Assembly (NCBI GenBank): GCA_964016885.1
Contig: OZ024766.1
Coordinates: forward strand, 15,934,001-15,998,000
Source of the DNA: Eledone cirrhosa
Taxonomy: Eukaryota
Length of the DNA: 64,000 bases
Direction: 5' to 3'
Shown: positions 1 through 10,017 of the stretch, piece by piece
Numbering within the stretch: position 1 is the stretch's first letter
How the letters are laid out: the number at the start of each line of letters is the position of its first letter
The notes under the pieces: model-generated
The model's database searches: none
The model's input: the letters and a program-made list of their open reading frames with translations, nothing else
What the model was told of the DNA's origin: nothing
Translations under genes and position numbers: made by a program

Positions 1-418
1 CGACCACCTTGCGGTGGGGGCATATTGTTTATATGCTTCAGCATGTACCCATGGGAGGTCGGGTACCCTGTATTACTGCGTGACGCCAGAAGTCACGGTC
101 GTGTGTCATTGACTTTGAGAGGTGTAATTGGGTAAGGTTGGCTTTTATCACCTCATCCCAGGTCATATTGGGTCTCCCCACTCCGCGGTTTCCATCAACT
201 TCTAGTGCTCTGCACCTTTTTATGCAGCTGTCATCCTTCATACGCATCACATGTCCATACCAGCGCAACCGCCTCTCCTGCACACAGCATTTGATTCCTC
301 TTATGTTCAGTGTCTCTCTCAATTCATTTATGCTTTGTCGTTCACGTTTACTACTGTTACACATCCATCGGAGCATGCAGGCTTCGTTTCTCTCTAATCT
401 CCGTAAGTCTTCCACCTT
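1..418 (-). mobile_element. 5'-truncated copy of the RTE LINE (3' end of ORF and start of 3' UTR), runs off the left edge
   Basis: Reverse complement of about 4997-5420 with very few mismatches. ORF 38..424 matches the LINE C-terminus and continues DFWRHAVIQGTRPPMGTC. The junction tccacctt|aaacattttcc falls in the right arm of palindrome A seen in other cassettes. Confidence 0.95.
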
Positions 419-579
419 AAACATTTTCCTATATATATATTATATATATGTATGAGTGTATATGTCAGTGAGTAGAAATTTCTGTCCATGAATATGATTA
501 TCTTTATTTGTATATATATGTGTGTGTATATGTATGTGTATGTTTATATGTTTTCTTATATACATGTGTGCACATCTTG

Positions 580-700
580 ATATATTTTCAGTGTCTGTTC
601 TAGTTCTCAGAGTACAAATCCCACTGAGGTAAAGTTGCTTTGCTATTTTGAGGCCAATAAATGAAATACCAGTGAAATACTGGGGTGGTTAATTCCTCTT
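580..700 (+). mobile_element. Degenerate SINE fragment related to the intronic SINE family; also near 22965, 31078, 43275, 53745 and truncated near 14420
   Basis: gagtacaaatcccactgaggtaaagttgc...aataaatgaaataccagtgaaatactgggg resembles gagttcaaatcccgccgaggttaactttgc...ataaaataaagtaccagtaatgtactggg. Confidence 0.55.
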
Positions 701-1280
701 CTTTGTCATTGTCTGTTTGTCTACTCTTCTCTTTCTCTGTATATATATATATATATATCTTTTTGGTATGACACCCACAATTTGATTTAGATTAATTTTA
801 TTTTAATTTATCTTAATTTTGGATATATATATATATAAATACGGCCCCTTAATTGTAGAGCTAACTCTGTTGAAAGGACCTGACTGCTGTTTCTAGTTGT
901 CAATAACCCTATTCACGCAACTAGGATGAAGCTGGTATGATGTGTGTATTTTTAGTAGATACAGCACGTGTTACTGGTCAGTCGCTGATTTGAACTTGAT
1001 GCGTAAACACAGATGGTTGGACTTCTTCCTGGTTGAGAATCCAAGATCTGGCTACTGTCGCTTACCAATCGATTAATTGGTGAAATATATTTCTTTAATG
1101 GAATATATACAAGGAAGATTAATCATTTTCTAAGGTATCTATCTTTGAAGTTCTAGTTAAACTTTATTTAGTTACCTACCTAGCTATGTGTGCTTACACA
1201 CTTTTACAAATTATCCCCTGTGATTGTTTCATATGTTTATTTATATGTCAATCAATTTCTAGTTGATATATATATAAATA

Positions 1281-2012
1281 TATGCACTTCTTTAAGGCTT
1301 ACTACCCTGTCTTTAACCTAATTCATTCAATCTGAAAATATTGAAGAGATAAGACACTTTCCCATTCTTCTCTGCTAAAATGTATCACTAGAGCTGATTC
1401 CAATTTTCCCAGCCAGCCATCCATCTAATCTACGAAGGTATTTTAGCCTACATATTGTCGTTAATATTATGATGTTCCCTGCTGTATTAGCGATAAATTT
1501 TCGAGGGTTTCTCTTAGTAGTTTTTTTCATGACGTTATTATTGTTAATTTTACTGATGTAGTATTAACTTATTAACTTGGATATTTACCATGCGGTATTC
1601 TAATCCTATTGTATCTCTCTCAGTTATTTACCATGCGACCCTCAGTTCCTACCCCCCCCCCCTCTCTATGCACTTCTTTAAGGCTTACTACCCTGTCTTT
1701 AACCTAATTCATTCAATCTGAAAATATTGAAGAGATAAGACACTTTCCCATTCTTCTCTGCTAAAATGTATCACTAGAGCTGATTCCAATTTTCCCAGCC
1801 AGCCATCCATCTAATCTACGAAGGTATTTTAGCCTACATATTGTCGTTAATATTATGATGTTCCCTGCTGTATTAGTGTTAAATTTTCCCTGCTGTATTA
1901 GCGATAAATTTTCGAGGGTTTCTCTTAGTAGTTTTTTTCATGACGTTATTATTGTTAATTTTACTGATGTAGTATTAACTTGGATATTTACCATGCGACC
2001 CTCAGTTCCTAC
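1281..2012 (+). repeat. Tandem duplication (period about 386 bp) in the LINE 5' UTR
   Basis: tatgcacttctttaaggcttactaccctg... starts at 1281 and again at 1667; both copies end ...cgaccctcagttcctacc. Confidence 0.9.
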
Positions 2013-5000
2013 CTCACAATTTCCCTCCCCCCCACCCCCACACACCACCATAGTCTATTCGACCAATCAAACCTAGCATGCCATTTCCACTGCTGCTGCT
2101 GCTACTACCTGCCTAACTAACTCTCTCCTCCTCTGGCGCATCCCAACACACCCTGCCATTACCCCACCACCACTGTCCTTCTAGCCCTCAATTTTCCCAC
2201 CGTTATGGATGGATGAGCTGGGAATACATGAGCAACTCTGAATCAATAGATGAAATATGAATCTGCGAGCTACCAAGCACCCACGTGAAGCGCCAACCCA
2301 GAGACCCTCCCCTACGAGTGTCGACAAATGCCCAAAACTCCGAGTTGGTACCATCAATGTAGGCTCAATGAAAGGAAGAGCAGGAGAAATCGTAGAAATG
2401 CTAGAGCGAAAGGAAGTTGATGTATGCTGTGTGCAAGAGACTAGATGGAGAGGAGGGTCTGCTAGAGTCCTTGTAGGAAAAAGCCAGTGCTACAAATTTT
2501 TCTGGGTGGGAAATGACGATGGGATGGGTGGTGTAGGTATACTATTAGCTGACAAGTGGGTAGATAAAGTAATCTCAGTGTACAGAGTAAATGCAAGAAT
2601 CATTAAACTCAGACTAGTCCTGAATAAGACAATTACCACAATAATATCAGCTTACGCACCCCAATCGGGGTTGCCAGACGAACTTAAGGATAGGTTTTAC
2701 GAGTCCCTAATACACACTACTGCTCTAACAGACGACAAGGACTTCCTAATCATTGCAGGAGATTTTAACGGACACGTAGGTAAACACTGCGACGGCTTCA
2801 ATAGAGTACATGGAGGCCATGGAGTTGGCACAAGGAATGAGGAAGGATTCAGACTTCTAGAATTCTGCGACGCCAATGACATGTCGATATGTAACACAAA
2901 CTTTAAAAAACCCGACAACCACCTGATCACCTATAGATCAGGGGAGCACTCTAGTCAGTTAGATTTTATCCTCATCAGAGGACGTGACAGATGGACGGTC
3001 GTAAACACAAAAGCCTTCCCTAGTGAGGAATGTACATCCCAACATAGCTTAGTTGTCAGCGACCTCACGGTCAGAACTAGACGAGCCCTGAAACAGAGGC
3101 CAACCTGGAGAAGAAAGATCTGGAAGCTGAAAGTCCCCTCAACCAGTAACAGATTTAAAGATATTTTACTCAACGCCTACGACAGTAAAGAAGAACAGAT
3201 AGAGACATTTAACGTAGAAGAGAACTGGGAGTTCCTAAAAAATAACTTACTAGAGGCAACGGATGAGGTTTGTGGCTGGAGTAAGACCTCAAGCAGGAGG
3301 AGAGTGACTTGGTGGTGGAACAATAAGGTAGATGAAGCAGTCAAGGCCAAGAGACAGGCATGGAAAGAATGGAAGAACGGGGGGAGCAGGGTACATTACA
3401 TAGAGACCAAGAGGGAAGCTAGGCGACAAGTATACTTAGCTAGGAGGGAAGCAGAGGATAGAAAATTCAAGCATGTTTTACAACGTGAGGACCAGAAACA
3501 GGAGGTATTCAAGATTGCGAGGCAGTGTGTCAGAGATAGTTGTGATGTCATTGGAGAGAAGTGTATCCGGAATGATAAAGGTGAGCTTGCCCTCACAAGT
3601 GCTGAGAAGAAAGATGCATGGAAGAGTCATTATGATAGATTACTAAATGAGGAGAATGCATGGGAAGAAGAGACCCTACCCCACGTAGACCCTATAGAGG
3701 GACCAGCAGTACAAGTCAGCGGCAGCGTAGTAAGTAAGGCAATCAGAGATATGAAGATAGGGAAGGCAACCGGTCCATCGGGTATAGCTGCCGAGATGCT
3801 GAAGGCATCTGGGTCTGTAGGTCACACTATAACCACACGTATCGTTAACCAGGTAATACTAGAGGGGGCCATACCAAAAGATTGGTGCAGTAGCATCATT
3901 GTCAACTGCTACAAAGGTAAAGGCGATGCACTAGATAGAGGAAACTATAGAGGTATAAAGTTGATGGACCAGGTCATGAAAGTAACAGAAAGAGTTATAG
4001 CACAGCTGATTAGGGACCGGGTGAATATAGACGAGATGCAATTTGGGTTTGTACCAGGGAAAGGCACCACTGATGCGCTCTTCCTTGTGAGGCAATTACA
4101 GGAAAAGTACCTAGCTAAAAGTAAGCCACTCTACTTGGCATTTGTCGACCTTGAGAAAGCCTTTGACAGAGTTCCACGTGCAGTAATCTGGTGGGCTCTT
4201 AGAAAACTAGGAGTAGATGAATGGCTTGTGAAAGCGGTACAAGCCATGTATAGGGGAGCAGTCAGCAAAGTTAGGATTGGCAATGAGTATAGCGAGGAAT
4301 TTAGCGTACAGGTTGGGGTCCACCAGGGCTCTGTTCTTAGCCCTCTCCTGTTCATCATAGTCCTGCAGGCAATAACGGAGGAGTTTAAGACCGGATGCCC
4401 ATGGGAACTCCTGTATGCTGATGACCTCGCACTCATAGCTGAATCTATGGTAGAACTAGAGAATAAATTCCAAACCTGGAAGCAGGGACTAGAGAGAAAG
4501 GGCCTCAAAGTCAACATGACAAAGACTAAGGTCCTTATAAGTAGACGAGAAAACAGAACCCAGATCCCCTCAGGGAAATGGCCTTGCTCAGTATGTAGGA
4601 AAGGTGTAGGTAGGAACTCCATTCTTTGCCCCAAATGCAAACAATGGGTACACAAGAGATGTAGCGGGATCTCAGGAAGCTTAATTAAGAATGTAGGATT
4701 CACATGCAGCAGCTGTGCTGAAACAGCAAGCAAACAGCCACAGGAAACAAGTACCACCAATCTCTGGGAGGGCCCTGTAGAAACAGTAGACAGCTTCTGC
4801 TACCTAGGTGACCGAATTAGCAACGGAGGTGGGTGCTCAGAAAGTACAATAACTAGGGTAAGAACGGGATGGAAGAAGTTTAGGGAACTACTACCACTGC
4901 TAGCTGCAAAAGGCTTCTCCCTCAGAATGAAAGGCAGACTGTATGATGCGTGTATCCGAACAGCGATGTTGCATGGTAGTGAGACCTGGGCGCTGAAGGT

Positions 5001-5676
5001 GGAAGACTTACGTAGATTAGAGAGAAACGAAGCCTGCATGCTCCGATGGATGTGTAACAGTAATATACGTGAACGACAAAGCATAAATGAATTGAGAGAG
5101 AGACTGAGCATAAGAGGAATCAAATGCTGCGTGCAGGAGAGGCGGTTACGCTGGTATGGACATGTGATGCGTATGAAGGATGACAGCTGCATAAAAAGGT
5201 GCAGAGCACTAGAAGTTGATGGAAACCGCGGAGTGGGGAGACCCAAGATGACTTGGGATGAGGTGATAAAAGCCGACCTTACCCAACTACACCTCTCAAA
5301 GTCAATGACACACGACCGTGACTTCTGACGTCACGCAGTAATACAGGGTACCCGACCTCCCATGGGTACATGCTGAAGCATATAAACAATATGCCCCCCC
5401 CCCCCACCGCAAGGTGGTCGTGGAGGTGCCACGGCAAAAAAGCACCCAGCCCACACTGTAAAGTGGACGTGTAGGCGCCACGAAAAAGCACCCAGCACTC
5501 ACTGTAAATGAGGTTGGTGTTAGGAAGGGCATCCAGCTGTAGAAATCAAGCCAGATCAGTTCCTGTATGAGCAAGGCATGGTCAGCCGACCAGACACTGC
5601 CCACAACAGGACAACCCGTCTAACCCATGCTAGCGTGGAAGAACGGACGTAAAACGGTGATGATGATGATGATGAT
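1283..5676 (+). mobile_element. Near full-length RTE-clade non-LTR retrotransposon inserted in a (TA)n tract
   Basis: Flanks (ctagttgatatata... and ...cgtggaaaagtaaaatatagc) are contiguous in the empty site at 23770-23835. About 970 bp of 5' UTR, a single APE-RT ORF, and a 3' UTR ending ggacgtaaaacgg(tga)n. A short-repeat tail is typical of RTE elements. Confidence 0.93.
2257..5328 (+). CDS. LINE ORF: AP endonuclease + reverse transcriptase with PHD-like C4HC3 insert (1023 aa; stop probably premature by 15 codons)
   Basis: APE motifs GTINVGS, CVQETRW, SAYAPQ, AGDFNGH, SQLDFIL, SQHSLV. RT motifs NYRGIKL, QFGF, FVDLEKAFD, GVHQGSVLSP, LLYADD, FCYLG. RTE-type C-terminus RRLRWYGHVMR...RGVGRPKMTW. 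Confidence 0.96.
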   Translation: MNLRATKHPREAPTQRPSPTSVDKCPKLRVGTINVGSMKGRAGEIVEMLERKEVDVCCVQETRWRGGSARVLVGKSQCYKFFWVGNDDGMGGVGILLADKWVDKVISVYRVNARIIKLRLVLNKTITTIISAYAPQSGLPDELKDRFYESLIHTTALTDDKDFLIIAGDFNGHVGKHCDGFNRVHGGHGVGTRNEEGFRLLEFCDANDMSICNTNFKKPDNHLITYRSGEHSSQLDFILIRGRDRWTVVNTKAFPSEECTSQHSLVVSDLTVRTRRALKQRPTWRRKIWKLKVPSTSNRFKDILLNAYDSKEEQIETFNVEENWEFLKNNLLEATDEVCGWSKTSSRRRVTWWWNNKVDEAVKAKRQAWKEWKNGGSRVHYIETKREARRQVYLARREAEDRKFKHVLQREDQKQEVFKIARQCVRDSCDVIGEKCIRNDKGELALTSAEKKDAWKSHYDRLLNEENAWEEETLPHVDPIEGPAVQVSGSVVSKAIRDMKIGKATGPSGIAAEMLKASGSVGHTITTRIVNQVILEGAIPKDWCSSIIVNCYKGKGDALDRGNYRGIKLMDQVMKVTERVIAQLIRDRVNIDEMQFGFVPGKGTTDALFLVRQLQEKYLAKSKPLYLAFVDLEKAFDRVPRAVIWWALRKLGVDEWLVKAVQAMYRGAVSKVRIGNEYSEEFSVQVGVHQGSVLSPLLFIIVLQAITEEFKTGCPWELLYADDLALIAESMVELENKFQTWKQGLERKGLKVNMTKTKVLISRRENRTQIPSGKWPCSVCRKGVGRNSILCPKCKQWVHKRCSGISGSLIKNVGFTCSSCAETASKQPQETSTTNLWEGPVETVDSFCYLGDRISNGGGCSESTITRVRTGWKKFRELLPLLAAKGFSLRMKGRLYDACIRTAMLHGSETWALKVEDLRRLERNEACMLRWMCNSNIRERQSINELRERLSIRGIKCCVQERRLRWYGHVMRMKDDSCIKRCRALEVDGNRGVGRPKMTWDEVIKADLTQLHLSKSMTHDRDF

Positions 5677-6152
5677 ATATAATAAACGTGGAAAAGTAAA
5701 ATATAGCAGAACAGACCGTTAAAAGATGTTTATTTAAAATAGCACCTATGTACGTTTCACCTGGATGGGCTTCTCAAGGGTATAAATAACTAAAAAGTGT
5801 TCCTTACATGGCCCAGAATGTGTTTTTAGAGATAAGTTCACGTCAGAGTTCATTCTACGCAAAAAAGCGTGTTTTGATTTTGCAGTAGGTCAAGGGAGGT
5901 AACTCTAGCTGGTGTTAGGGCAGTCTTTCCCGGAAATTTTTTTATCTGTTAAAAGATATGGTTACAACCCTACCATTGTCGATACGCACAGGGTCAGGTA
6001 TGCAACGTTTGTTTGCTGCACCTGCCCGCCTGGGTCACTTGAAGCCATGTCTGGGATGCATGGTTAGTTTCCGGATGTTTTTTGCAGCGCCTGCTATATA
6101 TATATATATATGAGCGAGACACGGTCACCCGACCTAACTTGCTTCTAAATAC

Positions 6153-6210
6153 GACAAACCCGTCCAACACATGCTAGCATGGAAGATAGACATTAATCAA
6201 TGATGATGAT
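6153..6210 (+). mobile_element. Short older RTE/SINE 3'-terminal fragment (also 55343-55400)
   Basis: aacccgtccaacacatgctagcatggaagatagacattaatcaatgatgatgat resembles the LINE terminus aacccgtctaacccatgctagcgtggaagaacggacgtaaaacggtgatgat. Confidence 0.7.
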
Positions 6211-6480
6211 ATCTAGGGATTGTAACATTACCACAACAGAAGTCTGACAAGCTTTTAATTCCAGAGTCAGGCTAGATCAATACAGATCAAACCTTGAGCT
6301 GATCGATAGCAAAACGTGCTTCACTGCTCAATAAATGTAATGAAGACATGACAAATTGTCCTCTCGCTCTCTCTCTCTATATAGAGAAAAGGTGAAGTTT
6401 GAAATAGCACGGAAAATATATTTTAGGGCCTGTTTTTCTGTTATATATCTTTTGATTCGTTAAAGTGACCCTATTGAAAA

Positions 6481-6606
6481 AATCATCATTCATCATCATT
6501 TCATTTCACGTCCGCTTTTTCCCTGCTTGCAAGGGTGGTGCGGGAACTGATTGTGGCTGGGTGCCCTTCCTAATGCCAACCTCATTTACAGTGAGTGCTG
6601 GGTGCT
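6481..6606 (-). mobile_element. RTE-tailed SINE/LINE 3' fragment (also about 24031-24170, 32146-32285, 55675-55812)
   Basis: Reverse complement agcacccagcactcactgtaaatgaggttggcattaggaagggc...cccttgcaagcagggaaaaagcggacgtgaaatgaaatgatgat matches the LINE 3' UTR and the SINE tail at 54725-54856. Confidence 0.8.
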
Positions 6607-6609
6607 GTC

Positions 6610-7932
6610 ATGTTGAATGTTTTTCATGATGTTGTGGTAGGCATATTTCTGGTCATCCACCAGTCAAGGTTTATTTTGATCCACAAACTTACGCAACACT
6701 TCAATATCATGGTTTGTCTCCTGAAAAACTGATTGTGTTACCTCAATTTCTTCTGGCTCTGGCATCCCGCATTGCTATTCATTGCTGGAATTCAATGGGA
6801 CAGTTTGCACAGAGGTTGATTGTAAATCCTGGAGGTAGATTCCACATAAACATTGCTATAACATCTTTGGTCTAGGTGTAGATAGTCGTCTGACATATTG
6901 TTTTTGTGCTCCTTCCAGGGTAGATGAGATTTATTCCACATGCTGTGAGTATAGTAGGAAACAACTGTCTTATTTAACTGGCTACTCCAGTGACTGCTCC
7001 TTCTAGTACCTTCTCCCAATGTCAGTTGTCATACAGGTGTCCATGGCCATCTTATTTAACTGGCTACTCCAGTGTCTGCTCCTTCTCGTCTCTTCTTCCA
7101 ATGCCAGTTGTCATACAGGAGTCCATGGCTGTCTTATTTAACTGGCTACTCCAGTTACTGCTCCTTCTAGTCACTTCTTCCAATGTCAGTTGTCATACAG
7201 GTGTCCATGGCTGTCTTATTTAACTGACTACTCCAGTGACTGCTCCTTCTAGTCTCTCTTTCCAATGTCAGTTGTCATACAGAAGTCCATGGCTGTCTTA
7301 TTTAACTGGCTACTCCAGTGACTGCTCCTTCTAGTCCCTTCTTCCAATGTCAGTTGCCATACAGGTGTCCATGACTGTTTTATTTAACTGACTACTCCAG
7401 TGACTGCTCCTTCTAGTCTCTCTTTCCAATGTCAGTTGTCATACAGAAGTCCATGGCTGTCTTATTTAACTGGCTACTCCAGTGACTGCTCCTTCTAGTC
7501 TATTCTTCCAATGTCAATTGCCATGCAGGAGTTGATGTTCTTTAGATGCTTCTTGGTATGTGCTGCACTCTTCCACCAAATCACCTGAGATCCTCAAATG
7601 ACGTTGGTCCTTGAACAATATGCAGAAGTGGCTGTAAATAAAAACTCTCTCTGTCGTTGGGGTGGTCATTGTAAACATGCCCAATAGCATCACTTGCCTT
7701 GACTTCATCACCTTCCACTAAATGACCCTGCTTCCTTTGATTCCAAGTCTTACAATTGGTCCAGGTGTAGTATTTTGGGATGTCAGCATATAGGAGGGAT
7801 CGAACAAATTCTTTATTCTGGCAGTGTTTCAAAAAAGCAGTTAGAGTAGTGTCAGGTGGTGCTGGTGTCAACTGATGAGCAGTGGTTTCAGTGAAGTACA
7901 CACTCTGTCCATTTTCTATATGTATAGAGATA
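6610..7932 (-). pseudogene. Decayed Helitron Rep/helicase fragment (region between Rep and PIF1 motif I), split by the 82-bp minisatellite
   Basis: Minus-strand translation SIHIENGQSVYF...TTLTAF...LLYADIPKYYTW...AIGHVYNDHP...FYLQPLLHIVQGPTSFEDLR...CSTYQEA...LL..N.HW, then beyond the array RQLF..IL..C...WKEHKNNMSDD...GMPEP...ETNHDIEVLRKFVDQNKP*LVDDQKYAYHNIM. These match Helitron RepHel motifs as recalled. Contains stops and frameshifts. Confidence 0.88.
6967..7514. repeat. 82-bp minisatellite, about 6.7 copies
   Basis: Unit gtcttatttaactggctactccagtgactgctccttctagtcccttcttccaatgtcagttgtcatacaggtgtccatggct. Confidence 0.97.
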
Positions 7933-7959
7933 AGGATGAAAAGCAAAGTTAATCTCTCA

Positions 7960-8433
7960 GAGGTTAGCTTTGCCTTTCATCCCTACGGGGTCGATAAAAT
8001 AAAGTACCAGTAATACACTGGGGTAATTGCTGGCCTTGTGCCTAAAGTAGAAACAATTTTTACGGGGTCGATAAAATAAAGTACCAGTAGTACACTGGGG
8101 TAATTGCTGGCCTTGTGGCTGAAGTAGAAACAGTTATTATGGGGTTGATAAAATAAAGTACCAGTAATTCACTGGTGCTATTTGCTGGCCTTGTTCCTAA
8201 AGTAGAAACAGTTATTACGGGGTTGACAAAATAAACTACCAGTAATACACTGGGGTATTGCCGGCCTTGTGGCTAAAGTAGAAACAATTATTACGGGGTT
8301 GATAAAATAAAGTACCAGTAATTCACTGGTGTTATTTGCTGGCCTTGTGCCTAAAGTAGAAACAGTTATTACCTGGCTGATAAAATATAGTACCAGTAAT
8401 TACTGGCCTTGTGTTAAAAGTAGAAACAATTAT
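7960..8433 (+). repeat. Tandem of a ~77-bp SINE 3' half, 6 copies (2 copies at 17408, 25519, 47069; 3 copies at 37802, 58271)
   Basis: Unit acggggtcgataaaataaagtaccagtaatacactggggtaattgctggccttgtgcctaaagtagaaacaattatt matches the 3' half of the SINE at 10075-10250. Confidence 0.88.
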
Positions 8434-9179
8434 CACATTTCTTTTTAATAAATCACATCACTATAGAATTAAATACGACTGGAAATGTGTGTGAAGGTAT
8501 TAAATTATGTCACGGACTTTTAACGTTTGACACCGTACGAGAGTTGAAATATACGCAACGAGACCGAGTACCTGCTGCCTTCATTATAACTTTAATTAAT
8601 CTGATTATATCTTGTGTAACAATTATATATATATACACACACACAAGTTTAATAACCCGACATCTGTCTTACACTGTCATATCTATTCTTACTTTACAAT
8701 TGTGTCTACTAAGAGTTCCATTACAATCTGTAGTAGTAAAACTACTATTTCACCAGAACATCTGCTATCAGTCATTTATAGACAATATATATATTTGAGA
8801 CCACGTATCAACCTAATATATATATATTTCCTATCAAATCTGTAGCTAAAGACATAAAGTCAGCCTCACTACTTCATTCTGACAAGATATCAATTTATGA
8901 CTAAAGATGAAGAAGATACACCAACGTTAATGTCGTGAAATAAAGCTGATAACATTGAAACTTCTAATTTGATAACAAAGAGATTATTTCTTTGGTTGTT
9001 TAGTAACAACTAACAACACAATACATTGATTATATGTTAAGGAGGTAAGTTGACAAAGATTTACTTAATGTCTATATTAATGTGTGTAAATAATATAATT
9101 ATTTTAACCCTACAACGATCTAGTAATTAACCAGATTCCACTGTTACATGTGATATAAAATATATTGTTATCATGACTC

Positions 9180-9748
9180 TTTATTATTTAAATTACCTCC
9201 GTCTATTTAATTATCTTGTTCACTACCTTACATTATAAAATATAGTTTATATTTAGCGGTACCTTGTTGTTGCTTTAAGTAAATTAAAGATATATTTATT
9301 ATTTAAATTACCTCCGTCTATTTAATTATCTTGTTCACTACCATACATTATAAAATATAGTTTATATTTAGCTGTACCTTGTCATTGCTTTAAGTAAATT
9401 AAAGATATTTTTGTTATCTAAATTACCGCCGTCTATTTAATTATCTTGTTCACTACCTTACATTATAAAATATAGTTTATATTTAGCTGTACCTTGTCAT
9501 TGCTTTAAGTAAATTAAAGATATATTTATTATTTAAATTACCTCCGTCTATTTAATTATCTTGTTCACTGCCTTACATTATAAAATATAGTTTATATTTA
9601 GCTGTACCTTGTTGTTGCTTTAAGTAAATTAAAGATATATTTATTATTTAAATTACCTCCGTCTATTTAATTATGTGGTTCACTACCTTACGTTATAAAA
9701 TATAGTTTATATTTAGATGTACCTTGTTATTACTTTAAGTAAATTAAT
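9180..9748. repeat. 115-bp AT-rich intronic tandem repeat, 5 copies
   Basis: aattacc(t/g)cc recurs at 9191, 9306, 9421, 9536 and 9651. Confidence 0.95.
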
Positions 9749-10017
9749 ATTTTGTCTATTTTAGTCTAAACCTCTTACAATTTAATTAACTTCATCTACT
9801 TATGGTTGAACATTATTTTATTGCGGGTTTCATTTAATTGTAATTATGTCTGAGTTAGCCAGCCAAGTAGGGGTTTAGTATCTGTATTTCAGGGAACTGG
9901 TTTGATGGTGAAGGGACATCTGTTGGTGTGGGATCTCGGTGGCTGTACATAATAAGGTTCTAATACTCTAAAGAGCTAGCTGAATAACCGTCTGATACAT
10001 GTCTTGTATAGACGATC

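Noticed and set aside
2697-5246. Minus-strand ORFs overlapping the LINE ORF (for example 209 aa at 4131-4760)
   Set aside because: Antisense shadows of the RT frame with no recognisable motifs.
6200-8000. Intact Helitron with 5'-TC and 3'-hairpin-CTRR termini enclosing the ZNF gene
   Set aside because: No convincing termini found, and the Rep catalytic and helicase motifs are absent; only an internal fragment is supported.
8600-8900. Core promoter or TSS (TCAGTC initiator-like motifs)
   Set aside because: Short motifs in AT-rich DNA; cannot be supported without transcript data.
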